A stretch of DNA of 63,111 bases, the filler included, from Saprolegnia diclina VS20 (lineage: Eukaryota): assembly GCF_000281045.1 (NCBI RefSeq). It is 12 parts of 2 records of this genome, joined end to end, with 100 filler letters (N's around TTAATTAATTAA, not from the genome) between each part and the next. Parts side by side here need not be neighbours in the genome. Positions count along the whole stretch, not along the records: positions 58,347 to 59,948 come from NW_008246122.1; positions 60,049 to 63,111 come from NW_008246122.1; 10 more parts are not named here. One strand, given 5' to 3'. Shown here piece after piece: positions 58,347 to 63,111 of the stretch. Under the pieces are notes generated by a model, which did not search any database, was not told where the DNA came from, and was given only the letters and a program-made list of their open reading frames with translations. The translations under genes and the position numbers were made by a program. Numbering within the stretch: the stretch's first letter is position 1; the number at the start of each line of letters is the position of its first letter.

Positions 58347-59774
58347 TCTTTGACTGGCGGCGCTTGATGAAGAATATGACAAGTCCGACAATGACAAGAC
58401 CGCCGACGACAAGTCCAACGACAAGGCCAGTGTCTATTGGGACAGGGATCGATACCACCGGCGACTGCAAATGATGACGTACCATTATTTGCCGAAGCAC
58501 TCGAAGGATTCGCGATCTTGTCGTACGCGGGCGTCCACTCCAGGCCTGCAATGTCGACACGCATGACGCAACGCATTGTTGCAGCGAGCGAGCTACCTGC
58601 ATCGGCCAGACACACGTTGACGGTGTACCCGGACGTTGGCCACAGTTTGTGAATTTGGCCGCGGACCGCCGCACAGGCCGCCGGGTTGGTGTCAATATTC
58701 TCGCTGACCCGGTAGCCGACCGGGCGTTTGACGCCGTCAGCGTCAAACGTGTCGCCTGCGGAAGCAAGGGTGTTGAGCGCTGCGAACGTTGGCGTATCGA
58801 CCACAAAGTTGTCGATTTGGCAGAATTCAATGTTGCTACATCGTACAACTTGAGCATCTTCCAACAAACAATGTGTACAAGTAGACAAGGCGACTCGAGA
58901 ACTGGACGTTGGCGAACGTTCGGAGCGGGTTGGAGGAGAGATCCCTACGCCACGTCACATGCAGCAACAAGCGGAATGCGTACACAGAGGTGACGGACGA
59001 CCAATTGGCATTGCTGACGCGACTCACATTGTTCCGGCCAACGTCGCTACGAAATGCTCAGTTCCAACTCCCGTACGCAGACCAAAGGCACACAGGAAGG
59101 TCACTTGCGCGGGCAAGTCGGCCAGGCTCGAGATTGCGTTGTAAACCACTTTCCTAGTCAAAGATGTCATGATCGAAATGACGCAGCGATGGGTCGTACA
59201 ATGTGCTGACGTTCGACGGCAGTGGCAACGGAAGCCGTGACAAGGAGCAATTTTCCAAGCTCCTATCGAAGAGTCATTAGGACTCGTGTGTTGACCGAGG
59301 TGGCAACAAGGAGGTCAGCTCCGACCACGACGACGGGTTGAGGTCGCTGAACGACGACAAGGACGCCACGTGCTTGAAGGAGCTAGTCATGTTTATTCAA
59401 GCGACAACAACATTGGATATGTGGTACATACAGGGCTTGTAGGGTCGGTGGGAGCACCATACGTGAGAGGTCAATGCGGTTGGATTTCATCACGGTTCTA
59501 TGCCAGCAAAAGATTAGACGGGCCAAACCGAGGACGCGTCGGACAATTCGGTGTTGGTGTACGTGGTGAGGTTGCCAAGCGCGCCAAGATACGAAAACAG
59601 ATCGTCCGTCGCGTGGTAGGTGTACTGGAGGCGCGTGCAGTCGGACGGGCGTAGGAGGCACCAGTGGTCGCTGCCGCAAGTGGCGTCGCCGGCGAGGATC
59701 GAAGTGCCGCCCAGCGACGTGTACGGGCACGTGGCCGCCGAGGCGACGCTGTCGAGAAGTAGCGCTCGCAGCAT
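58347..59774 (-). CDS. LRR receptor-like protein/kinase B, paralog of A; truncated at the same codon
   Basis: SAATCPYTSLGGTSILAGDATCGSDHWCLL; LRR exons (LENCSLS, LSSNPLRT); TM nearly identical to A, ending FFIKRRQSK. Confidence 0.75.
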
Positions 59775-60048
59775 TCAAGTAAAATGCAAAGTCACGAAAC
59801 AAAAACAGTCCACAGTGGGACGGTCCAGCCATGGCGACGTATCGAGCTCGATTGCAACCCACTTGAGAGAACGTTACTGCGAGATTCGTGCATCCAAGCG
59901 CCAGGATACCGGTAGGCACGGCTACTACTAAAATACGGAGGTGATAGCNNNNNNNNNNNNNNNNNNNNNNNNNNNNNNNNNNNNNNNNNNNNTTAATTAA
60001 TTAANNNNNNNNNNNNNNNNNNNNNNNNNNNNNNNNNNNNNNNNNNNN

Positions 60049-60902
60049 CCAGTACATGTTTTCGAGCGATGTGAGTGCGTTGCCGCGCAGATCTCTACCG
60101 AGAAGAGCGTATAAGCACAAGAAGACATGTTGTCCACACTACAAGTAGGTCAATGGGAGAGGTCGTAGCGCAGTAATGTCTTCAATGTGATTGCCACTGA
60201 GCCGCCTAGACGCAAAAATGATATGTCGGCAACTGCTTGGCACGCACAGTATGCGAAGAGTCTCGGGGAGGTTCGGGGGCAGCGCACTCAGTTCGTTGCC
60301 TGCGAGCGATCTACGTGTCGTCAAGACGCTGGAAACAAGTAGTCGCAACGAACAACGACTCGAGGTTCGACGGCCAAAGAATCGCGGGCGAGAGTGAGCG
60401 TAGCTTACAATGGTTCATGACTCTACACTTGCGAGTGAGCTCCACTGCGACGATACCCAAACGTTTACATGGTAGGGCGACTCGCCCGCGTGCTGCTACA
60501 CAAGAGGCGATGAATCCATCGCGACAAGCATCGAATTCGAGTACGTACTTGAGCGTGTTTGGCAACAGGAGCTGGGAGAGGTCGAGGTACCCACCGCCGC
60601 AATCAAACCCGCTAGCCGAGTCGATGAGTGCGGATAGGACAATGGCGTGAAGACTACAGCGTCGCGTTGGCGTAGTTGGTGACATTGCCGACAGCAGCGA
60701 ACGAGTAGGTGGCCGTGTGGGTCGCACTTGAATCCGTCTGATCCGTCGACAGAGTTCCCACCAGAGCGTAGTAGTCGAAGTTGCGTGGGACGCACTGCTT
60801 GTTGAGCAAGCACACAGGCGCCGTCGGTGGGCAGTTGTCGTCGGCTGCGAGAATCGCCGCGTCCTCGGCGATCGCTAGTGAGCTGTACGGACACGACTTC
60901 AT
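60049..60902 (-). CDS. LRR receptor-like gene C, N-terminal exons (partial)
   Basis: MKSCPYSSL...C...VCLLNKQC cap; LRR exons LAGNELSALPPNLPETLRIL, LSGNHIEDITALRPLPLTYL, LRGNALTSL. Confidence 0.7.
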
Positions 60903-62237
60903 GTTGGGTTTGCACTTTGCAGCTACCTTGCCCGCTTATGGCGCGCACTGTACGTAGCATTGACACGGATATAGTGTACATCGTTTCGTACACTAGTAGA
61001 TGTCGATTGGGGCACTTACTGCAATTGGTGTAAGAAACGCATATTTTCCACACCAGGTTTTCATCCTAGGCATGTCTTTAGACTGCACAAGGCTGCACCA
61101 AAGTGGCGTCCGTACAAGGACTCGAGGTTGGACGGCCACGCAATCGTCGGCGAGAGTGAGCGTAGCTTACAATGGTTCATGGCTCTACATTTGCGAGTGA
61201 GCTCCACTGCGATACTTCAACGCCTACATGGAGGGGCGGCTCAACCGCGTGCTGCTACGAGGGGTAAAGCATCGTCTCACAACTTNNNNNNNNNNNNNNN
61301 NNNNNNNNNNNNNNNNNNNNNNNNNNNNNNNNNNNNNNNNNNNNNNNNNNNNNNNNNNNNNNNNNNNNNNNNNNNNNNNNNNNNNNNNNNNNNNNNNNNN
61401 NNNNNNNNNNNNNNNNNNNNNNNNNNNNNNNNNNNNNNNNNNNNNNNNNNNNNNNNNNNNNNNNNNNNNNNNNNNNNNNNNNNNNNNNNNNNNNNNNNNN
61501 NNNNNNNNNNNNNNNNNNNNNNNNNNNNNNNNNNNNNNNNNNNNNNNNNNNNNNNNNNNNNNNNNNNNNNNNNNNNNNNNNNNNNNNNNNNNNNNNNNNN
61601 NNNNNNNNNNNNNNNNNNNNNNNNNNNNNNNNNNNNNNNNNNNNNNNNNNNNNNNNNNNNNNNNNNNNNNNNNNNNNNNNNNNNNNNNNNNNNNNNNNNN
61701 NNNNNNNNNNNNNNNNNNNNNNNNNNNNNNNNNNNNNNNNNNNNNNNNNNNNNNNNNNNNNNNNNNNNNNNNNNNNNNNNNNNNNNNNNNNNNNNNNNNN
61801 NNNNNNNNNNNNNNNNNNNNNNNNNNNNNNNNNNNNNNNNNNNNNNNNNNNNNNNNNNNNNNNNNNNNNNNNNNNNNNNNNNNNNNNNNNNNNNNNNNNN
61901 NNNNNNNNNNNNNNNNNNNNNNNNNNNNNNNNNNNNNNNNNNNNNNNNNNNNNNNNNNNNNNNNNNNNNNNNNNNNNNNNNNNNNNNNNNNNNNNNNNNN
62001 NNNNNNNNNNNNNNNNNNNNNNNNNNNNNNNNNNNNNNNNNNNNNNNNNNNNNNNNNNNNNNNNNNNNNNNNNNNNNNNNNNNNNNNNNNNNNNNNNNNN
62101 NNNNNNNNNNNNNNNNNNNNNNNNNNNNNNNNNNNNNNNNNNNNNNNNNNNNNNNNNNNNNNNNNNNNNNNNNNNNNNNNNNNNNNNNNNNNNNNNNNNN
62201 NNNNNNNNNNNNNNNNNNNNNNNNNNNNNNNNNNNNG

Positions 62238-63111
62238 AGGTCGCGGCTGGGAATTCGAATAGGTTCGAACGCGTCGAGTTCGGTGGCCAGTCCATCGGAC
62301 GTCTCGACCTCGGCTACTCGACCATACTCATGAGATAGCGAAGACGTGACTTTGATACCGTAGCGGCGTCGGCGCTTGTAGAGAACAAAGGCTGTGCCGA
62401 GAAGCGCTAGCAATCCAGCAACGGCGGCCACAACAATGGCCCAGTCGTAGCCTACGCAATCCCGAAACGTGAAGTTCTTGGTCCTTGGATCGCCAAATGT
62501 ACTTTTGGTGGTGGCGGGGGCCGACGCTTTCGGGGGTGACACAACACACGCCGACCACGCGTACACAGAATTCCAAGACCAAAGCGGTTGAATCACACCG
62601 TCTTTGATGGCGCCACAAGCGGCGCTGAGCACGCTGCCGTCAAAGGACGCGACGCCAGACTGCGCAACGTTGACAGGCGTCGGTACGAGGCGGCGAAGGG
62701 CAAAGTACGTTGTCGCATCGATCGAGATGAAGCTAAGAGCAGTCGACGTGGCGCCGCTACGTACATGTGTGAGCAAGCCTCCGAGCGAAGAGAAGAACGC
62801 ACAAATAGTCGATCGCGTTCGTGAGCTTCAAGTTTTTGATGCTCTGGAGGGCGCTGTTGCCGCTGAGTTCCCTACACAACGCCTTCAATATCCAATTTTC
62901 TTACTGGGCAAGTTGTACAAGCACGTGAGAGCGGGCCAGTACATGTTTTCGAGCGATGTGAGTGCGTTGCCGCGCAGATCTCTACCGAGAAGAGCGTATA
63001 AGCACAAGAAGACATGTTGTCCACACTACAAGTAGGTCAATGGGAGAGGTCGTAGCGCAGTAATGTCTTCGATGTGATTGCCACTGAGCCGACTACACGC
63101 AAAAATGATAT
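62238..63111 (-). CDS. LRR receptor-like kinase D: LRR exons, Cys-rich juxtamembrane region, TM, start of cytoplasmic domain (partial)
   Basis: LRR exons near-identical to gene C. TM WAIVVAAVAGLLALLGTAFVLYKRRRR. LDAFEPIRIPSRDL resembles the lead-in to a TKL kinase domain; the kinase itself would lie in the N gap. Confidence 0.75.

Larger units (their letters stand above)
20011..60048. other. Eleven artificial 100-nt scaffold linkers (N44-TTAATTAATTAA-N44) starting at 20011, 39782, 41785, 47194, 49053, 51246, 53410, 54636, 56499, 58247, 59949
   Basis: An identical six-frame-stop spacer embedded in Ns at each site. Sequences on either side are unrelated scaffolds. Confidence 0.97.

Noticed and set aside
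20055..60004. Recurrent TTAATTAATTAA palindrome
   Set aside because: Always centred in a 100-nt N block. It is an artificial six-frame-stop linker, so gene adjacency across it is meaningless.
1..63111. A single co-located ubiquitin or defence gene cluster
   Set aside because: The HECT, PX-RING, USP, ankyrin and LRR genes lie on different concatenated scaffolds, so physical linkage is not shown.

Overview
Eukaryotic DNA, most consistent with an oomycete of the Saprolegniales type: GC-rich coding sequence, ~40-50 nt GT-AG introns, oomycete Inr/FPR core promoters, and GH17-ricin, Apple/PAN and LRR-TM-kinase genes. The window is not one locus. It is 12 small scaffolds joined by 11 artificial 100-nt N-TTAATTAATTAA-N linkers, with 6 further N gaps. 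Recognisable genes: tRNA-Val(CAC), HxxxDG acyltransferase, plasma-membrane H+-ATPase, secreted Cys-rich protein, bleomycin hydrolase, GH17+ricin-B glucanase, TM-ZnF-HECT E3 ligase, HSF factor, a cytochrome P450 resembling the mitochondrial clan plus an internally inverted pseudogene copy, a Myb/NAM-associated protein, two CAMK-like kinases, PMCA Ca2+-ATPase, an ankyrin gene with one repeat per exon, a USP deubiquitinase, a DUF4419 protein, and ABCG and Apple fragments. Mobile DNA: L1/Tx1-like LINE remnants and a probable hAT remnant. The most notable patterns are (1) an intronless PX+RING family with at least 7 copies in different states of decay, (2) a four-member LRR receptor family in which two divergent ectodomains end in an identical TM-coding junction, (3) the mitochondrial-clan-like P450, and (4) a recurring CCGGATA upstream motif. 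No CRISPR array is supported. All calls come from reading the sequence by eye; no database searches were run.
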